Of a DNA stretch of 39,998 nucleotides, positions 27,312 through 37,479 are shown in pieces. A program made the translations under genes and the position numbers. The first letter of the stretch is position 1. Each line of letters starts with the position of its first letter. Origin of the DNA: a virus; IMG/VR virus record IMGVR_UViG_3300035039_000082, positions 1-39,998 of that record, one strand, 5' to 3'. The notes under the pieces were generated by a model. It was not told where the DNA came from. It ran no database searches and saw nothing but the letters and a program-made list of their open reading frames with translations.

Positions 27312-27456
27312 TATTTTTTTTTAATATTCATTATTTTCATATATAAATAAATATAATAATCCTTTTTCTTTAAATTGTAAATAATTATAATTTAAAGAAA
27401 AAGGATTTATTAAAATTTAATTTTTATTTTTATAAAAATTTTTAAAAGGAGAAATA

Positions 27457-28056
27457 ATGAGTCCAAACTTTAATCAATGGAAACAGATATTATGTAATAA
27501 AGATGCTTTAATTGAAAAATTAAGCGGAGAAATATCTGTTTGTGAATGGGGATCTTGTCAATATTATTCAGCAAATAATATTTTTAAATTGTATTTAGAA
27601 TTAAAAGAATCTAAATTGACATTTGAAGAAATTCAAGAATTATTATATTTTGAATTTAAATATGATAAAATATTATCTTTTAATTTATTTAAAGAAAATA
27701 TGATGAATTATCATTTTTTTGAAAATTTACGTGAAGATTTATCATATAATTTTGATTTAAATGAAATGAAAGATACTTTAAAATTTAATTTAGAATTAAT
27801 TAATACGAAGTCAATTGATGAAATATTTAATATTTTAAGAAAAAATGCTTATGATCTTTGGACTGTAATTGATATTATATTTCCATATTATTTTGAAAAT
27901 ATTGATTTTGATATAGATATTGAATCTAAAGGTTATGGTCCTTTATTAAATCAAGAATTTCAAGCTAAAAATTTTGAAACTGGAATTAAAGCGGCAATTT
28001 TGATTGATCTTGGATTGGTTAAAGACCATTCTGTTTTTAAAGATTTTGATACTTAA
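27457..28056 (+). CDS. Hypothetical protein (199 aa)
   Basis: AAGGAG RBS. Confidence 0.8.
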   Translation: MSPNFNQWKQILCNKDALIEKLSGEISVCEWGSCQYYSANNIFKLYLELKESKLTFEEIQELLYFEFKYDKILSFNLFKENMMNYHFFENLREDLSYNFDLNEMKDTLKFNLELINTKSIDEIFNILRKNAYDLWTVIDIIFPYYFENIDFDIDIESKGYGPLLNQEFQAKNFETGIKAAILIDLGLVKDHSVFKDFDT

Positions 28057-28059
28057 TAA

Positions 28060-28533
28060 ATGAAACATTTATGGCTATATAAGTATTTGAATGTATTAAA
28101 ACAAAACCATCAATTTTTAAGTACTCATGGAAGAATTAAAAATTTCAGTTCAAGTGTTGTATTATCAGATATGATTGAAGTGAAAGATATAAAAAAACTA
28201 TCAAAAACAACAAAAGTGAAATTAGAATTAGTTAGTAATTTATTATTTGTTAATTGGTTATATTGTATTCCTTATTTTACATATCCATCGGATCGAAAAG
28301 GTCAATTTTTTTATGGATTATCATTTAATGGTAATTTAATTAATTATCATAGAAAAGAGACAGGATCTCCACAAGCTGGTCAAACTATTATTCATGTCAA
28401 TAATCGTACTTTACAAATTACTAAATTATTAAATAATAAACATTTAACTAAACGAGATAAAGAAGTATTAAAAGAATTAAAAGATCTTATTGATTTAAAT
28501 GGATTTGATAAAATGTTATTTGAAAATCTTTAA
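28060..28533 (+). CDS. Hypothetical protein (157 aa)
   Basis: Coupled ORF. Confidence 0.75.
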   Translation: MKHLWLYKYLNVLKQNHQFLSTHGRIKNFSSSVVLSDMIEVKDIKKLSKTTKVKLELVSNLLFVNWLYCIPYFTYPSDRKGQFFYGLSFNGNLINYHRKETGSPQAGQTIIHVNNRTLQITKLLNNKHLTKRDKEVLKELKDLIDLNGFDKMLFENL

Positions 28534-28573
28534 GAATCTATTTTTTGCCGCTCTCAAAAAAAGGAAAAATTAA

Positions 28574-29470
28574 ATGTCTTTTTACGATAATCTTATAAAA
28601 TTATATATCGAAAATATTAATCCACCACCTAACTATATTGAATTATCAAAAGTAGGTGGTCCTATATCTTGGTATATGGCTGATTCTCAAAATAATATTA
28701 TTACTTCTATAGGAAATAATAATAATTATATAATAGATTTAGATATTACAAGTGCTTTCCCAACAATCTGTAATTGCTTATATGATAATAATTCTGAATT
28801 TATTATTAAATTAAATAATATTCAAGATAAGAAGGAAAAAAATATATTTATAGCAACTACATTAAAGGGCGAGCCATTAAAGCAAATCAATAGAATTTGT
28901 AAGCTAGTCATAACAGGTATTATATTCGATTCTCAAGATCCAGAAGAAAAAGAAAAAATTGATATTTTTGAATTAAAAAAAGATGGATGTCTTTTAAGTT
29001 GTAGTCGAAAAACTATAGATCGTTTAACTTCATTATCTTATCAAGATTCAACATTTACTCAATTTATATTACAAAATAATTTTTCATTTCATATGGATTA
29101 TTTTGCTAAATATGTTAGATCTAATCGAACATCATTTATGTTAGGTAAATCTTTAGAATTAAAAGATTTTATTATTAAAGGACAATATAAGCATGTCCCG
29201 CGTAAATTATTAAATATTATTCATCAAATCATTGTAACAAATCGTTATGATATTGAATTAATTAATAAAGTTTATTCAGATTTATATTTTAAGATTTTAC
29301 AAGTTAATAATATTAAAGAATATTTACTTGATTATTATATTGTCGAATCTAATAAAATAATCAATTTCGAGGGAAAATTCGTTTCTTTTAATATTAATAC
29401 GGAAGTAGATCCGAATTTATATAAAAAAATATTTATATATCCAATGTTAATTACAAACACAATAAATTGA
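28574..29470 (+). CDS. Small divergent family-B DNA polymerase-like palm protein
   Basis: IIDLDITSAFPTI resembles motif A (DxxSLYPS); IFELKKDGCLL resembles a motif C hairpin; no exonuclease domain. Confidence 0.55.
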   Translation: MSFYDNLIKLYIENINPPPNYIELSKVGGPISWYMADSQNNIITSIGNNNNYIIDLDITSAFPTICNCLYDNNSEFIIKLNNIQDKKEKNIFIATTLKGEPLKQINRICKLVITGIIFDSQDPEEKEKIDIFELKKDGCLLSCSRKTIDRLTSLSYQDSTFTQFILQNNFSFHMDYFAKYVRSNRTSFMLGKSLELKDFIIKGQYKHVPRKLLNIIHQIIVTNRYDIELINKVYSDLYFKILQVNNIKEYLLDYYIVESNKIINFEGKFVSFNINTEVDPNLYKKIFIYPMLITNTIN

Positions 29471-29565
29471 AGATTTTTTCATATTTTCAATTTTAATATA
29501 TAAATTATATAAATAATAGACAATTTTATTTAATTTTAAAAAATAAAATAATATAGGGGTATTTT

Positions 29566-31371
29566 TTGGAAAAATCTGTTGAAACAGAAAAAGATACATA
29601 CAAAGCGTTAAATTCGATAGATGCTATTCGAATTCGACCTGGTATGTATGTAGGTGACACAGTTAATCCAAACCAATTAGTCACTGAAATTTTAGATAAT
29701 TCGTTAGATGAAATTGGAAATAATTATGCAAATTTATTACAGTTAAATATTGATATAAATAATAATCATTGTTGGATTGTAGATAATGGTAGAGGGTTAA
29801 AAGTATATAATATGAAAGATTCAAATGGAGTCTTAAAAGATTCTATTGAATTATTATGTACTGATACTCATACTGGATCTAAGTTTGATAATGATGATTA
29901 TGGTGTATTAATTGGGATGCATGGTGTTGGTTTAGTTGTTGTGAATGCTTTATCAAATTGGTTAGTAGTTAAAACTCGTGATCGAGAAAATAAACATATT
30001 GTTTATGAATATCAATTTATAAATGCAACAGAATCAGTAACTAAACAACAGTATGAAGACTATGAAGATATTAATTCATGGTCAACTATTGTAGGATTTC
30101 AACCAAATAGTCAGTATTTTGAATCTGATAAATTTGTAGTTGAAGAATTAGCAAAAAGATTATTATTAGCTCAGGCTAAATTTAATGAATGTGATTTTTA
30201 TTTTAATGATAAAAAATTAACTAAAAGAACATTTCATGAATATATTAAATTATTATTTAAATGTGAAACAGATTTTAAAAAATTATCATATGAAATAGCA
30301 CCTAACCAAAAGATAGAAATTTATCTTAATTATGTAGAATCGCAATATACTAATATATTAGGCGATGTTAACTTGAGACACTGTGAAGGAACATATTTAA
30401 CATCTTTTCAAACATTATTAAAAAATAAAGTTTCTGAAAAATTAGGAAAGATAGTTGAAAATGTAAATCCAAATTATTTATTGAATGGATTAAATTGTTA
30501 TATTTCTTTAGTTGTTCCTGAACCTAAATATGATTCTCAATCTAAAGTTCGAATGACATTAAATGTAAAAGATTTAATTAATCCTTTACATGATCAAGTG
30601 GACTGGTTTTTGGATAATGATACTCTCGCTATCATTCAAAAGAATTTGGAAAAAACATTAAAGAAAAAATTAGCTATTTCATTAAATAAATCTGTTAATA
30701 TTTCTGCGAAGAATAAATTAAGAGATTGTTTAAAGACACCTGGTGAAATATTATATATTGTTGAAGGTGAGTCCGCTCTTGGACCATTGAAACAAATTAG
30801 AGATATTAATACAGAGGCTATTTATCCTCTTAGAGGCAAAGTATTAAATGTAGAAAAAGCTACTATTGATAAAATTAGTAATAATAAAGAAATTACTGAT
30901 TTAATTGAAGCTTGTGGTCCGAAGAATAATCGAAGATATAAGAAAATTAAATTATTAATGGATGCTGATATTGATGGATATCATATATCTGTATTAATCT
31001 TATTGGTCGTTCAAAAGTTTTTAAAAGATTATATACAAAGTGGTAATCTTTCTATTATAATGCCACCATTATATGGTGTTAATATAAAAGGTAATCACTT
31101 AGCTGTATATGATCAAAAGGATTTAGCTCAATACCAAAATAAATATGAGATTACTCGATTTAAAGGTCTTGGTGAGATGAATCCAATTCAGTTGGAAGCG
31201 GCGATTCGATCTAATGTTGAATATGTTGTTCAATATCCAGATACAAAAGAATCGCTAGAAACAATAATCAATGTTATAACTAATTCAGATCTTAAAAAAC
31301 AAATGTTAAGAAGACCTGAATTTAATTTAAAAACACTATTGAGCAAAGTTCTCAATAGTAAACAACCTTAA
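29566..31371 (+). CDS. Type IIA topoisomerase subunit B (GyrB/ParE-like)
   Basis: RIRPGMYVG, EILDNSLDE, DNGRG, GMHGVG, VEGESA, PLRGKVLN, DADIDGYHI, RFKGLGEMNP. Confidence 0.95.
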   Translation: MEKSVETEKDTYKALNSIDAIRIRPGMYVGDTVNPNQLVTEILDNSLDEIGNNYANLLQLNIDINNNHCWIVDNGRGLKVYNMKDSNGVLKDSIELLCTDTHTGSKFDNDDYGVLIGMHGVGLVVVNALSNWLVVKTRDRENKHIVYEYQFINATESVTKQQYEDYEDINSWSTIVGFQPNSQYFESDKFVVEELAKRLLLAQAKFNECDFYFNDKKLTKRTFHEYIKLLFKCETDFKKLSYEIAPNQKIEIYLNYVESQYTNILGDVNLRHCEGTYLTSFQTLLKNKVSEKLGKIVENVNPNYLLNGLNCYISLVVPEPKYDSQSKVRMTLNVKDLINPLHDQVDWFLDNDTLAIIQKNLEKTLKKKLAISLNKSVNISAKNKLRDCLKTPGEILYIVEGESALGPLKQIRDINTEAIYPLRGKVLNVEKATIDKISNNKEITDLIEACGPKNNRRYKKIKLLMDADIDGYHISVLILLVVQKFLKDYIQSGNLSIIMPPLYGVNIKGNHLAVYDQKDLAQYQNKYEITRFKGLGEMNPIQLEAAIRSNVEYVVQYPDTKESLETIINVITNSDLKKQMLRRPEFNLKTLLSKVLNSKQP

Positions 31372-31385
31372 AAGGAGAAAATATT

Positions 31386-32057
31386 ATGAACGCATCTTTT
31401 AACACACCTCCCCCGTTTAAAAAAGGAAATCCCGCAGCACAGGCTCCTCCTGCACCAGAACAGGCCGCTCCCCAGGCAGCACCGGTTCCGCCTCAGGCAG
31501 CTGCTCAGGCTCCCCCTGCACCAGAACAGGCCGCTCCCCAGGCAGCACCGGTTCCGCCTCAGGCAGCTGCTCAGGCTCCCCCCGCACCTCCGCAGGGAAC
31601 TACACCGGCAACACCTGCAGAAGCTCCGGCAGAAAAGAAGAAACAGAAGAAAAATAATGTTATGATCAATGGTGATCATATTAAATTTGTTCTGCAGAAT
31701 ATTAAGAAGATGAATTATACTGAAATTGCAGAAAAACTCGAAATTACAAAGAATCAGGTTAATCGTATTCTTCAGACTCTGAAAGGTGGTATTGACCAGA
31801 AGGGTAATAATTTTGGTCTTCGTGGTAAAGCTCTTGATGAAGCTGCTGCTGCTGGAACTCAGGCGTATGGTTTGAAAGAAGATGGTAAACCCGATTATTC
31901 ACAGCCGGTTTCTGAATTGGCTCAGAAAGTTGAAGCTAAAATTGAAGCTGAACTTTCTCGTCCGGCAGATTCTCGTCCTGGTGCTGGTCGTAAGGGTGGT
32001 GGAGCTGTTAAACAGGCTCTTGATTCCCAGCTCGACGAATTGCTGGCAGGACTTTAA
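31386..32057 (+). CDS. Pro/Ala/Gln-rich repeat protein with a putative HTH domain
   Basis: AAGGAG RBS; MNYTEIAEKLEITKNQVNRILQTL HTH-like segment; GC-richer codon usage. Confidence 0.75.
   Translation: MNASFNTPPPFKKGNPAAQAPPAPEQAAPQAAPVPPQAAAQAPPAPEQAAPQAAPVPPQAAAQAPPAPPQGTTPATPAEAPAEKKKQKKNNVMINGDHIKFVLQNIKKMNYTEIAEKLEITKNQVNRILQTLKGGIDQKGNNFGLRGKALDEAAAAGTQAYGLKEDGKPDYSQPVSELAQKVEAKIEAELSRPADSRPGAGRKGGGAVKQALDSQLDELLAGL
31440..31589 (+). repeat. 66-bp coding tandem repeat (about 2.3 copies)
   Basis: Units start at 31440, 31506 and 31572 (QAPPAPEQAAPQAAPVPPQAAA). Confidence 0.9.
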
Positions 32058-32086
32058 TATTTAGAATTTAAATATTAATATTTAAA

Positions 32087-32130
32087 TATTGCTGGAGTCT
32101 ACATAATAAAAATATGTGGACTCCAGCAAT
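32087..32130 (+). terminator. Intrinsic terminator
   Basis: ATTGCTGGAGTCTACATA...TATGTGGACTCCAGCAAT + T run. Confidence 0.75.
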
Positions 32131-32164
32131 TTATTTTTAATTCTTATAATATAGGAGATTTAAA

Positions 32165-32362
32165 ATGGCTAAATATAAATCTTTTGGTGATTGGTATAAA
32201 CAAGTTGCAAAAAGATGTATTTACTTTATTGGGAAATGGGAATTAGGAGATAATGAAGAAACTGGTATTCCAGTATTAAGTTATTGTAATCATAAATATA
32301 ATTTAGATGATTTTGAAGGTAATTGTAATGAACGTCAATGTCCTGGACCAATTTATAAATAA
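32165..32362 (+). CDS. Hypothetical Cys-containing protein (65 aa)
   Basis: AGGAG RBS. Confidence 0.75.
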   Translation: MAKYKSFGDWYKQVAKRCIYFIGKWELGDNEETGIPVLSYCNHKYNLDDFEGNCNERQCPGPIYK

Positions 32363-32460
32363 TTTTAACTTTAATTCTTATAATTATTAAAGAGTTGATA
32401 TAATATTTAAAAATAATTCTTATTCAATTTTTTAATAAATATAAGAATAAGGAGATTTAA

Positions 32461-34098
32461 ATGGCTAAAAAAGAAATTAAAAAGAAAACTCTTAATTTCT
32501 TAGATTTTTTAAAAGATTTAACTAATTATTTAAATAGTAATAATTATAACATTGAAACTATATTAAGATCTATTGATAAACATAAAGTTAATAATCAATT
32601 TTTATTTAAAAGATTATTTGCATATAATTATAATAACCCATATATTATTTGGTATATTAATAAATATATGAATGATAAATATAAATTTTTTTATTATGAT
32701 ACTAAAAATTATTTAACAAGTTTTAAATATATTATGAATAGTAATAATCAAAAAAAATTATTCTTTTTTAAAGCTAAAGATTTTAAAGATGAAAATAAAT
32801 ATAAAGTTAAAAGTCTTTTAAAAGAATATTATAGTTATGTTCATAAAAAATATTTAAATGATATGGAACTAAATCAATTATACTTATTATTTTGCAAACA
32901 AATAATTACTGTTGATGAATTAAAAAAGATTGATAAATTATTAAATGGTGAAAAATCTAATCTTGATTTAGATATTGATTTTTTAAATAAAGTATCTTCT
33001 GATACGAATATTATTGATAATAAAGAAAAATTAGATGAGTATATTCAATATAGTTTAACAAGACAATTACCGACTGAAATTTTTGAATTTATAAAATCTT
33101 TAAAAGAAAAAAAAGAAAATAGATCTGAATGTTCTAATTGTAAATTAAAAAATAATGAAATGTTAGTATTAGATACTAATAAAGATTCTTTTGGTGAAGT
33201 AGATTTTATGTTTATAAATCTTAATCCAGATAAAGAATCTGCCGCTTATAATAAAGTTTGTTGTGATGAGAGCGGTAAAATACTTAGACAAAATTTATTT
33301 TATTTTGATAAGAAAATAACTTGGTGTATGATTAATATTATTCAATGTACTACAAAAACTGATTCTGAAATTGGAAAAACACCAAAACAAATTAAGACAG
33401 TAGCTCAGAATTGTCAAGATTTTTTAACACAAATATTTCAAAAATTTACAGCTAAATTTTATATTCCTATTGGCAAACATGCTATGGAGTATTTTGGCAT
33501 TAAAGGATCTATTGTTCAAAATTGTGGCCAAATTATTAAAGTTAATAATAATCAAATAACTATGATTCCTTTAATTAATCCAAGCTCTATTAGAATGAAT
33601 GAAAGTATTAATAAACCAGTTTATGATAACGCTTGGAATATATTATATCAAATTGGAAATAAATTATCTCAGAAAACAATTACAACAACATTAAATCAAA
33701 ATATTCAACAATTACCTACAACAGATATTCAACAAATTTCACAAAATCAAAATATTCAACAAGGTACAAATTCTTTAATTAAACCAGGAGAATTTAATTT
33801 ACCTTCTGAAAAAATTATTAGTATTGTTACTGATAATTTAACATATTTTGATAGTGTTAATTTGGATGGTAATCGGATATTAAATATTTATATTGATGAA
33901 AATGGTGAAAAATTTTATAATCTTGAGAAATTTGAAATTCCAATATATATTAAAAATGTTTCTTATGATCAATGTAGTATGTTAAATGATAATTTTGATT
34001 ATGTTACTTATATAAATGGGTGGAATAGATATAAATTATCTAAAGGATTAAAAGATAACTTATTAAAGCATAGATATTCTGCTGAACAAAATAATTAG
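32461..34098 (+). CDS. Multidomain replication protein: gp62-like clamp-loader subunit (tentative) + family-4 UDG-like Fe-S domain + PolB N-terminal-domain fragment
   Basis: CSNCKL...DFMFINLNP..E...SGKILR...NIIQC...CQDFL...IPIGKHA...INPS follows the UDG-4 layout; C-terminal GNRILNIYIDENGEK resembles the T4 gp43 N-terminus. Confidence 0.6.
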   Translation: MAKKEIKKKTLNFLDFLKDLTNYLNSNNYNIETILRSIDKHKVNNQFLFKRLFAYNYNNPYIIWYINKYMNDKYKFFYYDTKNYLTSFKYIMNSNNQKKLFFFKAKDFKDENKYKVKSLLKEYYSYVHKKYLNDMELNQLYLLFCKQIITVDELKKIDKLLNGEKSNLDLDIDFLNKVSSDTNIIDNKEKLDEYIQYSLTRQLPTEIFEFIKSLKEKKENRSECSNCKLKNNEMLVLDTNKDSFGEVDFMFINLNPDKESAAYNKVCCDESGKILRQNLFYFDKKITWCMINIIQCTTKTDSEIGKTPKQIKTVAQNCQDFLTQIFQKFTAKFYIPIGKHAMEYFGIKGSIVQNCGQIIKVNNNQITMIPLINPSSIRMNESINKPVYDNAWNILYQIGNKLSQKTITTTLNQNIQQLPTTDIQQISQNQNIQQGTNSLIKPGEFNLPSEKIISIVTDNLTYFDSVNLDGNRILNIYIDENGEKFYNLEKFEIPIYIKNVSYDQCSMLNDNFDYVTYINGWNRYKLSKGLKDNLLKHRYSAEQNN

Positions 34099-34106
34099 GA
34101 GAAAAT

Positions 34107-35471
34107 ATGTGGTGTTATTTAGAATCTAAAAATATAGATAATTTTATAAATCAATATCCTATTTTTAAAGATGACCTAAACAATTATATTATTTTACAAA
34201 TTAAAGATGCTTGTTTTTTGCCTAGATTATTTTATTATAATTACCCATCAGAATATTTAATTCAATATTTTGGAAAGAAACAAATTCCATTAGGTAGAAT
34301 TGAAAATGAGTTTCATGGAAATCTTAGGTCAGCTCAAAAATCTGCCGCTTCCAAAATAAAAAAAATATTTGAAACTCAAGGATTTGTAAATGGTATATTA
34401 AAATTACCACCTGGCGCAGGTAAAACAGTTTTAACAGTATATATTGCATGTATGTTAAAATTAAAAACATGTATTATTATAGATAGTAATTCATTATTGA
34501 AACAATGGATTGAAGCAATAATGGAATTTGCTAATTTAAAAGAAGATGATGTTGGATTAATAAAAGGTAAATTATTTGTAACAGATAAGCCTTTTACAAT
34601 AGCAATGACACAATCATTATCTTCTAAAATTAAAAGAGAATTTAATAAAATAATTAAAAAAGTAGATGAATCTCAATTTGGATTAGTAGTATATGATGAA
34701 GTACATACAACTTCATCAACTTCAGTATATTCAAAAGTAAATATATTATTTAGAACACCAAATGTATTAGGATTATCAGCTACACCTTTTCATCAAGGCA
34801 TGTCTAAAATATTAATGGAAAATACTATTGGTAAATTAATATTTGAATCAAATGAATATGAAATGACTCCTGAATATAAAATGATATTTTATGATAGTAA
34901 ATTAAAAAAATATAGTTATGTTATGAATACTTTATTAACTGACTATATTCAAAAGAAAGGTTATTATAATAAAATATTAGTAAATAGTGATGTATATGTT
35001 ACATTAGTAGTTAAATTGGCTGGTATATTAAGAAATAAAGGTCATAATGTTTTTATTGTTTGTATGAATAAAAAACAAGTTGAAATTATTTCTGAGAATT
35101 TAGAAATTAAAGGTTTAAAAAATCGAAGATATACTGGTGATGAAACAGAAATAGATAAAGACAATGATAATATTATTGTTTCAACATATGCATTTACTGG
35201 TAAAGGATTTGATATGAGTCGTTTAGGTGGATTAATTTTAGCTTGTCCTTTAAGCGGCAAAAAATCTGTCATTCAAGTAGTTGGTCGAGTATTAAGATCA
35301 TACCAAGGAAAAATACAACCTATTGTTTATGATTTAGTTGATCTTTGTTTTCCAATGTTTTCATTACCAGAAGTAAAAAGAAAACAAAATATCATTGCAA
35401 ATGAATTTCCTAATTGTAAAATTGAAACTATTGATTTAAAGGAAAAGATGAATGCAGGATCAAATAAATGA
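34107..35471 (+). CDS. Superfamily 2 DExH helicase (UvsW/XPB-like)
   Basis: LRSAQ, LPPGAGKT, YDEVH, GLSATP, KGFD, QVVGRVLR. Confidence 0.92.
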   Translation: MWCYLESKNIDNFINQYPIFKDDLNNYIILQIKDACFLPRLFYYNYPSEYLIQYFGKKQIPLGRIENEFHGNLRSAQKSAASKIKKIFETQGFVNGILKLPPGAGKTVLTVYIACMLKLKTCIIIDSNSLLKQWIEAIMEFANLKEDDVGLIKGKLFVTDKPFTIAMTQSLSSKIKREFNKIIKKVDESQFGLVVYDEVHTTSSTSVYSKVNILFRTPNVLGLSATPFHQGMSKILMENTIGKLIFESNEYEMTPEYKMIFYDSKLKKYSYVMNTLLTDYIQKKGYYNKILVNSDVYVTLVVKLAGILRNKGHNVFIVCMNKKQVEIISENLEIKGLKNRRYTGDETEIDKDNDNIIVSTYAFTGKGFDMSRLGGLILACPLSGKKSVIQVVGRVLRSYQGKIQPIVYDLVDLCFPMFSLPEVKRKQNIIANEFPNCKIETIDLKEKMNAGSNK

Positions 35472-37479
35472 TTTTTTAGAAAGAGATTTTTATAAGACTG
35501 TAGAGATACCAGGTCATTTGAATCATGTATTATACAGTGATAGTGTAGCTAAATATACAAAAATTGTAATTCAAAGACAAAATGAAAATTATTCAACAAC
35601 TATTACATTTGATAAATTGTGGGATGAATTAGTTAATTTAGGTCATAAAGTAATATATTTGAATGATAAAGAATATATTTATATTAATAATAAAATTAAA
35701 ACTTTAACATATTATATAAAAAAAGATGAATTGAGTTTAGAATATCCTCAATATATTATGAGACATAAAGTTAATACAGAATTATATTCTATAAATCCGA
35801 ATAATTCAAATCATTTAGATATAACACAAAATCATTCTATGTTAAAATATAATCCTTCTAATAACTTATTTGATATTATTAAACCCGTGGATTGTCAATG
35901 GTTACCAATTATCAATAATCAATTTAATTTTGATTGTTCGATAAATATTGATTATTTATTATTAGGATTATATTATGGAGATGGTTCATTTTCATTAAAT
36001 CAAGATTATCCAGCTATTAGTATTGGAAATAGAAATGAAGTTGTTAATTTTATTTCAAATTATATACCTAATTTTATAACATATGATAAAACTAACGAAT
36101 TTGATTTTTATGTTAATTATAAAAAATTTACAAATATGCTAAATTATTATAATTTAAAAGGTATTAAAAGTGAAAATAGAATAATATCTGATAAATTATT
36201 TGATGATTTGAATTATGATCATAATAAATTATTAAATTTTATATGTGGTTATTTTTTAGCTGATGGGTCTTTTAATGTTGGAATGATAGTATTTTCTTCA
36301 AGTAATTATTATTTGTTAAATTCAATATCTATATTGTTGAATAATATTGGAATATATTCTCAAGTAATTACAGATAAAAATAATAGAAAATATAGAACTA
36401 AATTAAAAGGAGACATGTATAAACTTAAATTATATATGTCTAATTCAAATATAATAAATATGTTGAATTTAATAGATATATATAAAGAATCTCCAAAAGT
36501 AGTATGTAAAGGTTCTTTTTTTGGCAAATCAACGTCAAAAACTGGAATTACTAAAAAATATAAAAATGCAAAGCTTAAAAATGTAAGAGCATTACATGTT
36601 ACAGAAAGAGATATAATTCAATATAATGATTATGTTTATGATATTTGTATTCCATCTACTCAAATTTTTATAGCTAATGGAGTATTAGTACACAATACTG
36701 ATTCAATTATAATCAAGATTCCATCGAAAAAAGATATTGATAAAGATAATCTTAAATATTTATGGGATGTTGCGGAAAAATCTGCCGAGGAAATAAATAA
36801 TTTAATAGTAGATTATACTAGAAATGTATTACTTCCAAGATGTAATATAAGTGCGGATCATAATGAAACTTTTTTCAAAACAGAATTATTAATGGAATCT
36901 ATATTATGTTTAGATGTTAAGAAAAAATACGCATATAAATTATTAGTTAAAGAAGGCAATGTATTAAAGAAACCAAAGATTAGTTATACTGGTATTGAAG
37001 TAATTAAATCTAATGGAATTAAATTAACTCAAGATTTATTAAAAGCAATTATTGAGGAAGTAGCATTAAATTTAGAAGTACCAGTAAATCAAAAAAGAGA
37101 AAAAACATTAAAATTAATTGATGATTTTTATAATACATTTAATCAATGTATTCAAGATTTTAATATAGATTATATTGGTATTCCTGGCAAATGGTCTAAA
37201 AATAAACAAATTATCGAAGGTATGAAATTATATAATCATATTATGAATGAAATTATTTTTGAACCAGGATCTGCAGCAAAATTTATTTATACTAAACCAA
37301 TTCAAATTAAAGATTTTAAGAATCAAATGGGAATATGTATTCCATATTCTTATAATATAGAATTATTAAAAGAAAAATTTCAGACATTTAATATTCAAAT
37401 CGATGTTAATACACAATGGTCAAAATTATTTAATATTACTTGTGAAAGAGTTATTAATACAATTAAAAAATTAGAATAA
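35452..37479 (+). CDS. Split family-B DNA polymerase, C-terminal piece (motif C + thumb), intein-containing
   Basis: After splicing reads VLYSD-TDSIII, then FKTE, KKKYA, YTGIEVIKS; mature product about 290 aa with no motif A, motif B or exonuclease. Confidence 0.9.
   Translation: MQDQINDFLERDFYKTVEIPGHLNHVLYSDSVAKYTKIVIQRQNENYSTTITFDKLWDELVNLGHKVIYLNDKEYIYINNKIKTLTYYIKKDELSLEYPQYIMRHKVNTELYSINPNNSNHLDITQNHSMLKYNPSNNLFDIIKPVDCQWLPIINNQFNFDCSINIDYLLLGLYYGDGSFSLNQDYPAISIGNRNEVVNFISNYIPNFITYDKTNEFDFYVNYKKFTNMLNYYNLKGIKSENRIISDKLFDDLNYDHNKLLNFICGYFLADGSFNVGMIVFSSSNYYLLNSISILLNNIGIYSQVITDKNNRKYRTKLKGDMYKLKLYMSNSNIINMLNLIDIYKESPKVVCKGSFFGKSTSKTGITKKYKNAKLKNVRALHVTERDIIQYNDYVYDICIPSTQIFIANGVLVHNTDSIIIKIPSKKDIDKDNLKYLWDVAEKSAEEINNLIVDYTRNVLLPRCNISADHNETFFKTELLMESILCLDVKKKYAYKLLVKEGNVLKKPKISYTGIEVIKSNGIKLTQDLLKAIIEEVALNLEVPVNQKREKTLKLIDDFYNTFNQCIQDFNIDYIGIPGKWSKNKQIIEGMKLYNHIMNEIIFEPGSAAKFIYTKPIQIKDFKNQMGICIPYSYNIELLKEKFQTFNIQIDVNTQWSKLFNITCERVINTIKKLE
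35542..36696 (+). mobile_element. Intein (385 aa) with LAGLIDADG endonuclease, inserted in YSD|TDS
   Basis: Starts SVAKYTKI; block B ITQNHSM; LLGLYYGDGS and ICGYFLADGS; YVYDI...FIANGVLVHN|T. Confidence 0.95.

Noticed and set aside
31368-32064. Cys/Arg-rich minus-strand ORF and overlapping 60-aa ORF
   Set aside because: Artefacts of the GC-rich repeat within 31386..32057
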